From assembly GCA_050613775.1 (NCBI GenBank), contig JBODTK010000124.1, forward strand, positions 372,001 to 436,000: a stretch of 64,000 nucleotides of DNA, read 5' to 3'. Shown one piece after another: positions 14,333 through 24,740 of the stretch. Every line of letters starts with the position of its first letter. Position 1 is the first letter of the stretch. This DNA is from Neocallimastix sp. 'constans'. Its lineage: Eukaryota. The notes under the pieces are model-generated. The model made no database searches. It had not been told where the DNA came from and saw only the letters and a program-made list of their open reading frames with translations. The position numbers and the translations under genes were made by a program.

Positions 14333-15324
14333 GATTATATTATATAATTACAGGATAAGTATAGGAATGATCTATTAGATAATGTAATAATAACAAAATA
14401 CCAATAATATTTATTCAATTATATTACCAAAAAAAAAAAAAAAAAAAAAAAAAAGAATAAAGAATTAATATATAATAGAAATAAAATAAATACTTCAACA
14501 TATTAAAATAGAAAGAACATATAAATGTATTAACTTTTTTTTTTTTTTTTTTTTTTTTGCCATATTTTGTAATTATATTTTATAATTAATCTAAAATATT
14601 ATTATATATATTTATATATATTATTATTATATATTATACAGTTTATTACATAATATCATATTAATTATATATATAATTAATAATATATTATTAATTATCA
14701 AATATATTTAAATTTATGTAATAATAAATATATATTAAATGAAATTAGAATAAAATTTAAAATTATATATAATTGTACAGTATGTCTGGTAATTTATTTA
14801 TATTTATCTATTTATTTATTAATCTATTTATTTATTTATCTATTTATTTATCTATTTATTTAATGATTAAAATAGATGATTTTACTTTTTTCCCAAAAAA
14901 TTCGACAGATTAAAGAATTTCATTCAATTTGTAGATTGTTATTACATCTTTGTATGAGAATGTAGTAATTCATTAAATATAATATATAATCATTTATATT
15001 CTATAATATTTTCTCCATATAATAATAATAAAAATTAATTAAAAATCTAATAAATATATATATATATTATATATTAAAACACTATAGAATAAAAAAATAG
15101 AATAAAAAAATTTTTTTTATTATTTTTAATATATTTTTATATATAAAATAAACTTAATTTTTTTTTTATTTTATTTTATTTTATTTTTTTTTTTTTAGTA
15201 TAAAAGCTTCAAAAAGTATTCTTTTTTTTTTTTTAATAAATTTTAACTAGATATAATATATAAAAAATTAATTAATTTTTAAAAATTTAATGTATTTTTA
15301 TTTTTATATATAAAAAAAGAATAA

Positions 15325-17949
15325 ATGTCAAATATTAAAAATATAATAATAAAAGGAATAGTTGGTTCTCTATTTTTAGGTTCAACTATTTTAGCCAAGG
15401 AATGCGAACAAATTCAACAATTTTTGGTTTCTAAAAATTATACCATTAATTCGGTTACTGATTGTGTTGAAGATGGAAATGGCAATGTTACCTCGTTAAA
15501 TATTAATAATTTTAATTTGTTGGAAGAAGATGTGAATCATCTATTAACGGATTATATGAATATTAATAAAATTAATTATAAAATATATAATAATACTATA
15601 AATCCAAATACTAGATTTATTGATCTACCAAAAGCTTTTGCTAATATGGATAAATTAACTGATTTGTCCATTTACTCATTAAATGAAGATGATGTAATTA
15701 CTGAACCAAGTTTTTCAAATGGTATTATTAAAGAAGGTGGTATACATTTACCAAAGACCTTAGAAAATTTAGATCTTGGATTTCTTCATTTAACTCGAGA
15801 TGATATAAAAACAATTTCTAAAGTAGGTAATATTAAAAAATTACGTTTCTTTGGTTGTCAATTTGATGAAAATTTGGATTTCGGTCGCTTGAAGAATTTA
15901 GATAATCTTAGAGAACTATCTTATGAGTTTGAATCTTCTCAAGTTATTAATTATTCCTCTATACCAGAAATTTGTAATTTGAAGACTGTAAATCTTTCTG
16001 GCGTTATCATCAATCAAAAAATATTAGATAGAATTAAGAGATTAAGAGGCCTTAAATATTTAATGATTAATAATGGTTTCTTTGATGGAAAAGTAAACAA
16101 GTATTCATTAAAAGATTGTAAAAAATTAAAAGAATTACATATTGAATATAATCTTGGAAGTTTTGAAACCGATAGAAGAATAAAGCTTAGTCTACCTATT
16201 TCTTCTTTTAAAAAATTATATATCAATGGTATTCAACTTACTAGGGATAATATTTATGAAATTTCAAAATCTTATAGGCTTAAGGAAATCACATTAAAGA
16301 ATTCCTTTAAAGATGATGAATTAGATCTTAAAAGATTTAGAGAATTGAGTTCACTTAAAGAATTAACTATTGAAAATAATTATAAATCTATAATTAAAAA
16401 TATAAGATACCTTACCTATTTAAAAAAATTAACATTACGTAATTGTATTGCGAACTTGGATACTCTTTATGAAATATCAAAATTATATCATCTTAAAGAA
16501 CTTCATCTTGATAATTTTGGTTTCCCAAATGCTAATGAAATTACGGTAACTTTAGATGGTAATGAAGGCACCTCCTCTTCCATTAATGTAATCAACGGTG
16601 CCACTTATGGAAATATAACGGACTCTAGCAGACCAGGATACAACTTCCTTGGCTGGTATACTGATAAAAGTGGTGGTTCAAAGGTCACTGGAGATACAAA
16701 GGTCATCAATGCATCAAATCATACATTATATGCTCAATGGAAGCCAATTACTTATGAGGTTCTTTTTGAAGATGAGGGTGAAGTATATTATGACTTAAAT
16801 GAAACTTATACCTATGATAAATCCTATGAACTACCAGGACAACCGACAAAGAAGACCGGTTTCAAATTTATCGGATGGAAAATTGATGGAGATGATGATA
16901 AAATCTATAATAAGGGAGATTTAGTTAAAAACCTTACTACAGAAAGCAATGGTACCGTCACCGTGAAAGCGATATGGAGACGTGAAATCTCTGTTTTGGT
17001 TATGAACTTTGATTTGACCTTTGAGAATCATGGTAATATTAAACAGCATGAAATTATGAGTCCCTGGAACGATCCAAAGGAACTTGCTGAAGAGTTCAAG
17101 GCAGATATGCTTGAAGTAAATCATGGCTATGCTGAATACAATATTGTTAAGTGGATCGATATGGATGAAATGCCAAAGAATGATCAAGGTCATTCCTTTA
17201 CTAAGGATTACTATTATGATACATTGATGAAAGCTAGCAAGGAATATGATGGTGCTTATTGGAAAAGTCCTGAATTGGAGGATCTCGACAGGCAATTTGC
17301 TTTTGCCTATGATGACTACTATACGAAATATGGTGTTTATAAAATGGTCGATAATAATGAAATTGATGAGGTTTGGATTTTTGTCGGTCCTTGTACTGGT
17401 GTATCATTATTTGAATCAGTTATGATCGGAAGGGATGCTTACTTTGTAAACGGTTATGAAATTGAAAAGGATGTTCGTCCATTTGTAACACTTGCGTTTA
17501 GTTATGAAAGAACCATTGCCGAAATGCTTCATGTTGCCGGACATCGTATGGAATCTACTATGGGTCATATCTTTGGTTATGAAAATTATAATAAGCCATA
17601 CAGTGAATATACAGATTGGGAGAAATTCAGTGCCTATGATTTGGTATCTCCTGGTAATGCCGGCTGTGGTCAAATTCATTTCCCACCTAATGGTGTCGAG
17701 GATTACGATTGGAATAATGGTAATATAGTAAAATCTACCTGTCTTGATTGGTCTAATTATCCAAATAATACGGATAAGAAAACTGATGTTAATCGTGAAA
17801 CTTGGGGTAATGGAGATCAACGTGAATTTATTAAATGGTGGTTTAACCATATTCCTCATGCCAATTCCATCAATACAAAGACTAAAAAATATAATAACTG
17901 GTGGGTCTACTATACCCTTGATTATATCAGTTATAAGCCAAAATATTAA
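15325..17949 (+). CDS. Secreted chimeric protein: signal peptide, LRR solenoid, two Listeria/Bacteroides (InlB B-type/Flg_new-like) repeats and an uncharacterised bacterial-type C-terminal domain
   Basis: Intronless 874-aa ORF with a hydrophobic N-terminus (IVGSLFLGSTILA|KEC) and many LxxLxxLxL repeats up to about aa 400. Then RPGYNFLGWYT...TLYAQWK and KTGFKFIGWK...TVKAIW, followed by EIDEVWIF, EMLHVAGHRMES, HFPPNGVEDYDW and KWWFNHIP. Confidence 0.85.
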   Translation: MSNIKNIIIKGIVGSLFLGSTILAKECEQIQQFLVSKNYTINSVTDCVEDGNGNVTSLNINNFNLLEEDVNHLLTDYMNINKINYKIYNNTINPNTRFIDLPKAFANMDKLTDLSIYSLNEDDVITEPSFSNGIIKEGGIHLPKTLENLDLGFLHLTRDDIKTISKVGNIKKLRFFGCQFDENLDFGRLKNLDNLRELSYEFESSQVINYSSIPEICNLKTVNLSGVIINQKILDRIKRLRGLKYLMINNGFFDGKVNKYSLKDCKKLKELHIEYNLGSFETDRRIKLSLPISSFKKLYINGIQLTRDNIYEISKSYRLKEITLKNSFKDDELDLKRFRELSSLKELTIENNYKSIIKNIRYLTYLKKLTLRNCIANLDTLYEISKLYHLKELHLDNFGFPNANEITVTLDGNEGTSSSINVINGATYGNITDSSRPGYNFLGWYTDKSGGSKVTGDTKVINASNHTLYAQWKPITYEVLFEDEGEVYYDLNETYTYDKSYELPGQPTKKTGFKFIGWKIDGDDDKIYNKGDLVKNLTTESNGTVTVKAIWRREISVLVMNFDLTFENHGNIKQHEIMSPWNDPKELAEEFKADMLEVNHGYAEYNIVKWIDMDEMPKNDQGHSFTKDYYYDTLMKASKEYDGAYWKSPELEDLDRQFAFAYDDYYTKYGVYKMVDNNEIDEVWIFVGPCTGVSLFESVMIGRDAYFVNGYEIEKDVRPFVTLAFSYERTIAEMLHVAGHRMESTMGHIFGYENYNKPYSEYTDWEKFSAYDLVSPGNAGCGQIHFPPNGVEDYDWNNGNIVKSTCLDWSNYPNNTDKKTDVNRETWGNGDQREFIKWWFNHIPHANSINTKTKKYNNWWVYYTLDYISYKPKY

Positions 17950-18637
17950 TATTTTTGAAGAAATCTTTTTTTTTTTTTTTTTTTAAAAAAAAATAAAAAA
18001 AAAAAAAAAAGAAAGAAGAAAGAAATTCTCAAAATATGTTAAACAAAAAAAGAAAGAATAAATAAATAAAAATATTAATACATTACATTACTCTAAAAAA
18101 AAATAATTAATACGTGACAGTAAAAATATTAATATATTACTCTAAAATATTTAATATTTTTAAAAAAAAATATATATATATATTTTATTATTTTGTAAAA
18201 ATAATAATGATTTTATACAATTATTAATATATTCAATAAATATATTAATTTTAAATAATATTAATATATTCACTGAATTATTAATAAAATTACAAACAAA
18301 CAAACAAAAAAAAAAAATATTAATCAAATACTCAAAATTATTTAATAAATTCAACAAAATTATTAGTAAATTAAAGAAAATGTTAATAATTTACTTAAAA
18401 AAAAATGTTAATATATTCACTAAGTTATTAATAATTTGTTGAAATGTTAAAAAATTCATCCTATAAATTTAATTTAATCGATGTCCATATAAGGATATTT
18501 TTACCCCTTAACGGAATCGTAAAACAAATCTCTTATTTAAAATTAAAAAAAGTTCAAGTTATTTCACAGCGCATTAATTCTTGAGAAAAAGAAAAAAGAA
18601 TTAGAAAAGGAAAAAGAAAGAAAGTAAGAAAGAAATG

Positions 18638-18675
<38 letters not shown>

Positions 18676-18774
18676 AAAAAAAGAAAAAAAATACATTTTC
18701 AAACGCATTAAAAATATATATTTTCAAGCGCATTAAAAAGTTTTAATTTTGAAACGCATTTATTAAAAATTAAT

Positions 18775-18817
<43 letters not shown>

Positions 18818-19109
18818 CATTTATTATATTCCAATATATTATACATATCAATTATATCAATATAATATATTTTTAACATAGACATAATTTATTTATTCTA
18901 TCATAAATATTTATTAAATGAACAGATAATAATTATGAATAATTTTAAAAATATATAATTTTTATATTTTTAAAAAGTATTTTCATAGTCCTTCTATTCT
19001 TTAATTATTTAATATTATTATTATTTATATATTTATATATATATATTTTTTTTTATCATAACTAAATTTATAAATATTATAAATTTTATTATAATATTTA
19101 TATAATCAT

Positions 19110-19450
19110 GAAATATTTATATTTCTTATAATTATATATATATATATTAGAATTATAAAAATTATATTTTTATTAACTTATTCAACATCTATAATTTCAT
19201 AATTATAAAAATTATATTTATATAGATTTATTCAATATCTATATAATTTCATAATTATCAAATTTATATATAAATCATTTAAAAATAATATATATATATA
19301 TATAGTTTTGTAATTATCAAATTATATTTATCTATTATTAAATATTTATAATTTTTGCAATTATCAAAATTATATTTATCTATTAATGAATAATATTTAG
19401 TTTTAAAATTATCAGAATTATATTTATATATCATTAAACATTTATATTCT
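19110..19450. repeat. Degenerate AT-rich tandem repeat of about 45-50 bp
   Basis: Recurring AATTAT(C/A)AAAATTATATTTAT core, about 7 copies. Confidence 0.55.
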
Positions 19451-19835
19451 TATCAATGTTATTTTTTTATATTTTTATATTTTTATATTTTTATTTATTA
19501 TTTTATTTTATTAATTATTATTATTATTATTTAATAATAGTATTTTATTTTAAATATTAAATTGATTTAAACATGTAATACGATATTATATAAAATATTA
19601 ATTATAATTTTTAAATAATAATAAAAATAATTATTATAATATTTAAAAAAAAAAATTTTTTTATTTGTTAAATATTTAGTGTATAGTCATCATTTAAAAA
19701 TGATAAAAAAAAAAATAGTTATGTTTTATTAAATTAAAAAAAATATATATATATATATATATAATTTGATAAAATTTTTAGTAGTAGAACCTATTGGCTT
19801 CAAAAAAATTTTATTATTTTATTTTAATTTTTTCT

Positions 19836-20885
19836 TATCTGGCAGGAAAATCAATCAAGGCAAAGGCTTATAAAATAAATAAAATTGAGAAAAGAAGAGA
19901 CTACTTTGTGCCAGATGAAATTAGGTGCTTATTCTGATACTCCGTTCTTGGTGGTTAATGCGGCACTTCTCCAATCGATTATACCTATTGCTATTGGCCA
20001 GCAATAGTCTTTGTTCAATAGGTTCAAATCGAATCATACTACTACTACCAAGAGCGTCAATGCTGAAGAAACAGTAAGACAGGCCAGCAGGGCTAGCGCA
20101 ACCAATGAAGATCATAATTTTGTATCTTAAAATTATGATTAACATTGCGAAGTCAAAATTAATTATTATACTTCAGTATAATAATGCCCTTGTGAAGTCT
20201 TACAAATATTAATTAAATGAAACTAGAATATATTATACCATTATTTTATTTTATTTTGTGTTTTATTTTTTGTTTATTTTTTTATCTTTTTTTTATTATT
20301 TTATTACATGTATTTTATCATATATTTAATTAATAAAGATGAAACAAGTTTGCTGCCGTTAAAAAAAAAAAAAAAAAAGAGACTACTTTAAAGCTCAACT
20401 TTAAGTATCCTGAATATAGCATTGGTTTCCGATGGGTACTACTTCTTGCCAGATGTGGTTATAAATTCGATATTTGTGTTGCCAAAGCCGCCAGAATGAT
20501 TGAAGACGATTGGAATATTGGCTTTCTACATGATATTTTTTTTTTTTCATGAATTTCGAATGAAATATTTTAAAGATATTGAAATTCCTTATAAAAAAAT
20601 TTTATATTATTTCTAAATATTGTCCAATATCTAATAGTAATGTAGACACTGTCATAACAGATATGAATAATTTAGAACTAAGCTCTGATTCTGATAGGTA
20701 GTAACGAAATATATAATATTAATAATATTAACAATAGAAATAATACTGTTAATAATAGTAGAATTAGTGATAGTGAAAATAGAAATATTAATATTAGTGA
20801 TAGTGAAAAATTATAATATCGTTACTACTAACCAGGAGCGTCAACGCTGAAAATGAAGTAATGGCAGGCTTAACAGGGACAATGC
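19836..20885 (+). mobile_element. Old LINE 3' fragment (LINE-A), interrupted by a younger LINE fragment
   Basis: After removing the 19908-20378 insert it reads GKSIKAKAYKINK...YPEYSIGFRWVLLLARCGYKFD...RSVNAE. This is homologous to SKAKKAIIYK...GFFLISRIRCGFKFD...KSVDVE of the adjacent RT-bearing LINE. Confidence 0.7.
19908..20378 (+). mobile_element. 5'-truncated LINE fragment (LINE-B) with poly(A) tail and 13-bp TSD
   Basis: TSD AAGAGACTACTTT at 19895-19907 and 20377-20389, with poly(A) at 20361-20378. It encodes TPFLVVNAALLQSIIP...TKSVNAE, matching the LINE C-terminus VPYFVGIAEFLTNVIP...AKSVDVE. Confidence 0.85.
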
Positions 20886-20933
20886 CTCAAGATGGCGGTA
20901 AAGAGAGACTATATAATCCCACTCCAACTATTT

Positions 20934-23788
20934 GCTTCGTGAATATAAAAAATATATGTGGCAAAGTCAGGTCAATTAAATTTTCTATTAAATCAAAACA
21001 ATTTCATCAGTCAATAGAATCTGCATGTAATGATTTTCGTAATAAAAATGCTAGGAGTGCTTGGTTAAAATTAAAGAAGCTATCTCATCCTATGTACTCT
21101 AATTCTATTTCGTCAAGCGTTTTAAAGGACAAGCAGGGTAACTTTTTATTTTCTCATTCGGATCAATTAAATCGTTTTGATGAAGATTACAGTGAACTAG
21201 CTTCTGATGTTACTCAACACAGTTTGGATAATGAATACTGGGTAAGTTTATTTGGAACTAATCCTAATAATAATCCTACTTGGGATATTAATGATTTTAT
21301 TACTATGGAAGAAATTCAAAACACTGTGCTTGATATGAAAAATAATAAAGCTCCTGGACTCGATGGTATTTCGATTGAATTTTTTAAAGCCTTCTTTAGT
21401 AAATCTAATTTATCCGATAATCAAAATGATTCTTCAGTTGTTGACGACCCTGATTGTGCTAAATATTTACTTTCATTATTTAACAAAATCTGGAATGGTG
21501 ATTTCCCTGAAGAGTGGAATTCGGCTTCTATAATATCAATTCCAAAAAAAGGAGATCTTTCGGATTGTAATAATTATCGTGGTATTTCTCTTATTAATGT
21601 TGGCATAAAAATTATTTCAAAGATTGTTACTAATAGAATTGCTAAATATGCCCTTGAACATAAATTTGTTAGACCTGAACAATTTGGATTTAGAAATAAA
21701 GAAGAATGCATAAGTTTGTATATTTCAATTAGAGAGATATGTCAAAGAAGAAAATTTAAAGGAAATTTTACTTATCTTGCTTTTCTCGATCTTAAAAAAG
21801 CCTATGATTCAGTTCCTATCTTTAATATTTTGACCAAATTATATAACTTAGGAATTAGAGATAAATGTCATCTGTTTTTAAAGAATCTTTTTCTATCCTC
21901 TAAAGCTCGTGCTTTTTTTAATGGTAATCTCTCAGAAGAATTTTCTATTAATCGTGGTGTTAGACAAGGATGCTCTTTATCTCCTATTTTATTCAATTTG
22001 TTCATTAATGATATACTGGATAATTGTGATAAGTATGGTGTATATTTAGATTCTCAATATTGTTGTGGTGGACTTTTTGCGGATGATATTGCTTTAGTTG
22101 CTCCATCTAAACAAGCTCTTAAGAAAATTTTGAATAAAGTTCATGAATGGGCTATTAAAAATGAAATGACTTTTGGAATTAATAAGTGTGCTACCCTAGT
22201 TGTAAAACCGATTAACTTTGTTAAACCGATAAACTATGAAGATCCATCTTTCTTTATTGGTAGTAACAAATTACCTAAAACTGACAACTATACCTATAAA
22301 CAATATGGTTTTATAGTTAATATTAGCAATATATGCATATGCTTATCAATTAACAACATAGCTTTTTTGAATATTAATAATAATAATATAAGCATATCAC
22401 AGAAACCTATAAAATCCAAATTAAACAGTAATTTAAATATCAAGTTAAATTTGTATTTTCGATTTCTTATTAATAAATCTATTCCTCTCCTATTGAAGAA
22501 ATATGTTTTAATTTCGTTTATTCTTAGTCTTGTTATATATTATGCTCCTCTCTTTGGTTCAAATAAGAGCAGATGTAGATGTTCTAAAGCTCAAAAAATT
22601 ATTAATATAGGACTTTATTGAAGTTATGGATTTAAATCTCGCAATTCTTCTGTTAGTCTCTATGATATTACTCGTGAATTGAGAATACCTCCTCTTTCAG
22701 CTATCTGTGCAATATCTCAATTACGATGCTTTAGAAAATGGAAAAATTCATCATGTATTATTAATCATCTCACTAATAATATTCCTACTATGTCACATTA
22801 CTCATGGACTAAAAAATCAAGGACTTTGGATAAGAAATTAAATGGTAAAAAAACAAGTGAAATAAAAAAGTTTTATTGGGAAAGAGATGTCTTCAAACCC
22901 TCAAAAGCTAAAAAAGCAATTATTTACAAGGAGAATGATTTTGGATTTATTTCAGAAATCAGAAACTTAAACATTTCAATATCCTAAGTATCAGTTGGGA
23001 TTCTTTTTGATTTCTCGAATTAGGTGTGGTTTTAAATTTGACATTAGTATTTCCATTAAAAGAAAAATCGTCTCAGAAGATTGCCCTAAATGTTGCCCTT
23101 ATTGTGATGTTAGTTTACCTAGCTTTTCTCACTGGATCTTTGCCTGTAAAGAATTGAAAAATTACAGAAATAAATCTTTACCTTTTCTAGATGGTCTCTT
23201 TTTGAAGTTTGCAATGATAATTGAACAAAAATCCTTGGATGTTTCTTTAGATTCAGAAAAGGATTATGATAATAATATTTATTATTAAATATTGAGTGTT
23301 CTTCTTGGTGGGCGTTCAGTATATTCAAAAATTAAAGTTAATGATGGGGAATAAAGACAATTAGTTGACAATATTTTTAAACAAAGTTCAACTTCGTCAA
23401 CTGTTCCGTATTTTGTGGGGATTGCGGAGTTTCTAACAAATGTAATACCATTAATTTGTCGATCTTTTAGATTTATGATTAAATGGTATTCCATTGAATC
23501 TACAATTGCCAAGAGCGTCGACGTCGAAATGATAAGGCATGGATTTTCACCTCCCGGTGAAATGACAGATACAGATTCGGTTGAAAACACTAATACTTAT
23601 ATTATTACTCACAATAATGGACGTGGTGTTATTATCGAGGAATGGGAAAAGTTAGAGGCTATTGCTTCTAACGCACTTTTATAATTTTATAATATATAAT
23701 ATTTTATTTCATGTATTTTATTATTTTTTTTCCTTTAAAATCATGTAATTTTATTATTATTATAAATTAAATAAAGTTATTCTCTTAG

Positions 23789-23828
<40 letters not shown>
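20934..23828 (+). mobile_element. 5'-truncated non-LTR retrotransposon (LINE-C): RT and C-terminal Cys/His domain, pseudogenised
   Basis: RT motifs KAPGLDG, YRGISL, QFGFR, FLDLKKAYDSV, GVRQGCSLSP and LFADD, plus C-terminal CPYC...HWIFAC. Poly(A) at 23792-23828 and TSD CAACTATTT at 20925-20933 and 23829-23837. Stops and frameshifts follow 22621. No endonuclease region is present. Confidence 0.93.
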
Positions 23829-23829
<1 letters not shown>

Positions 23830-24740
23830 AACTATTTCCCATGGTTTACTTTGAAATTGGAAAGGTAATTAGCTTTCCATATGGTTTGTGTCTTTTCTTC
23901 TTGTTACTTTCACAAACTTTAACATGAATGGATGTATTTGGTAATATCATTCATATAAGGTCACCAGTAAAATCTTCGCAGTTTCTTAGTGGTTCTTTCA
24001 ATACCTTGGAGTCCACTTGTAGGAGAATCATGGAAAGAATAAAGTACTTGTAAGGATGATGAAACAATAATTCTATTCTATTTTGTAAATAAAGAACTCT
24101 ATCAATTAGTTTAAATAAAGAACATTTTTATACCATTTATCACTACTTCCTTAATTTCTTCATTGTTTCTGAACAGAATTTGTCTTTTTTTTTTTCTGAG
24201 TAAGCTATTAGTTCCTGTAGATTGATTGTTCGTAGAAGTGTAATAGAAGTATTGGTCCTTAAGGATGGTTTTATTTGATACTTGAGTGGTAGGCCTATAG
24301 TCAGGTCTCCTTGGAAAGGCTATCAGGTTTTAGTACTATCAACATCAGATCTGAAAGAGATTAAAAAGTCTAACTTTTAAAAAGGAAAAAATACTCCATC
24401 TAATTTGGAGTTGGTTAAGTCTCTGAGATTTTTTTTTTTTTTTTTTTTTTTTAAGTAGAGTAGATCTTTGTGGTCTGTAATAATTTGTATTGAATGCTTT
24501 GAGCATTCTAAATGATGGCGCCAAATCTCTTAAACGCTGTAACAACAGTCAAAAGTTCCCTTGTCATATATTGAGTAATTGCATTCAGAACTTAAAAGAG
24601 ATATAGAGTAGAATGCTACTGGATGTAAGAATTTATTACTATCACTAATTTGAGAAAGAATACAACCGATAGTAAAGTTACTTGCATCGGTTAATTCTTT
24701 ATCTGGGTTTGTAAAATAAGGTGATAGCAACTTATTTTTA
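23829..24740 (-). mobile_element. Decayed Ty3/gypsy pol (RNase H and integrase N-terminus); continues at 20890-20933 beyond the LINE
   Basis: LTDASNFTIGCILSQ...HPVAFYS...NYSIYDK (RNase H), then HDSPTSG and YIHSC..CESNKKKRHKPYGKL (integrase zinc-binding region). KPWEIVGV...SLPPS spans the LINE insertion site. Confidence 0.85.

Noticed and set aside
16014..17986. Overlapping antisense and alternate-frame ORFs within the LRR gene
   Set aside because: Shadow ORFs of the real coding frame, with no recognisable motifs.
20861..20933. ATG at 20861 as the true start of the LINE RT ORF
   Set aside because: It lies outside the TSD-defined LINE; this part is LINE-A tail plus antisense gypsy sequence.
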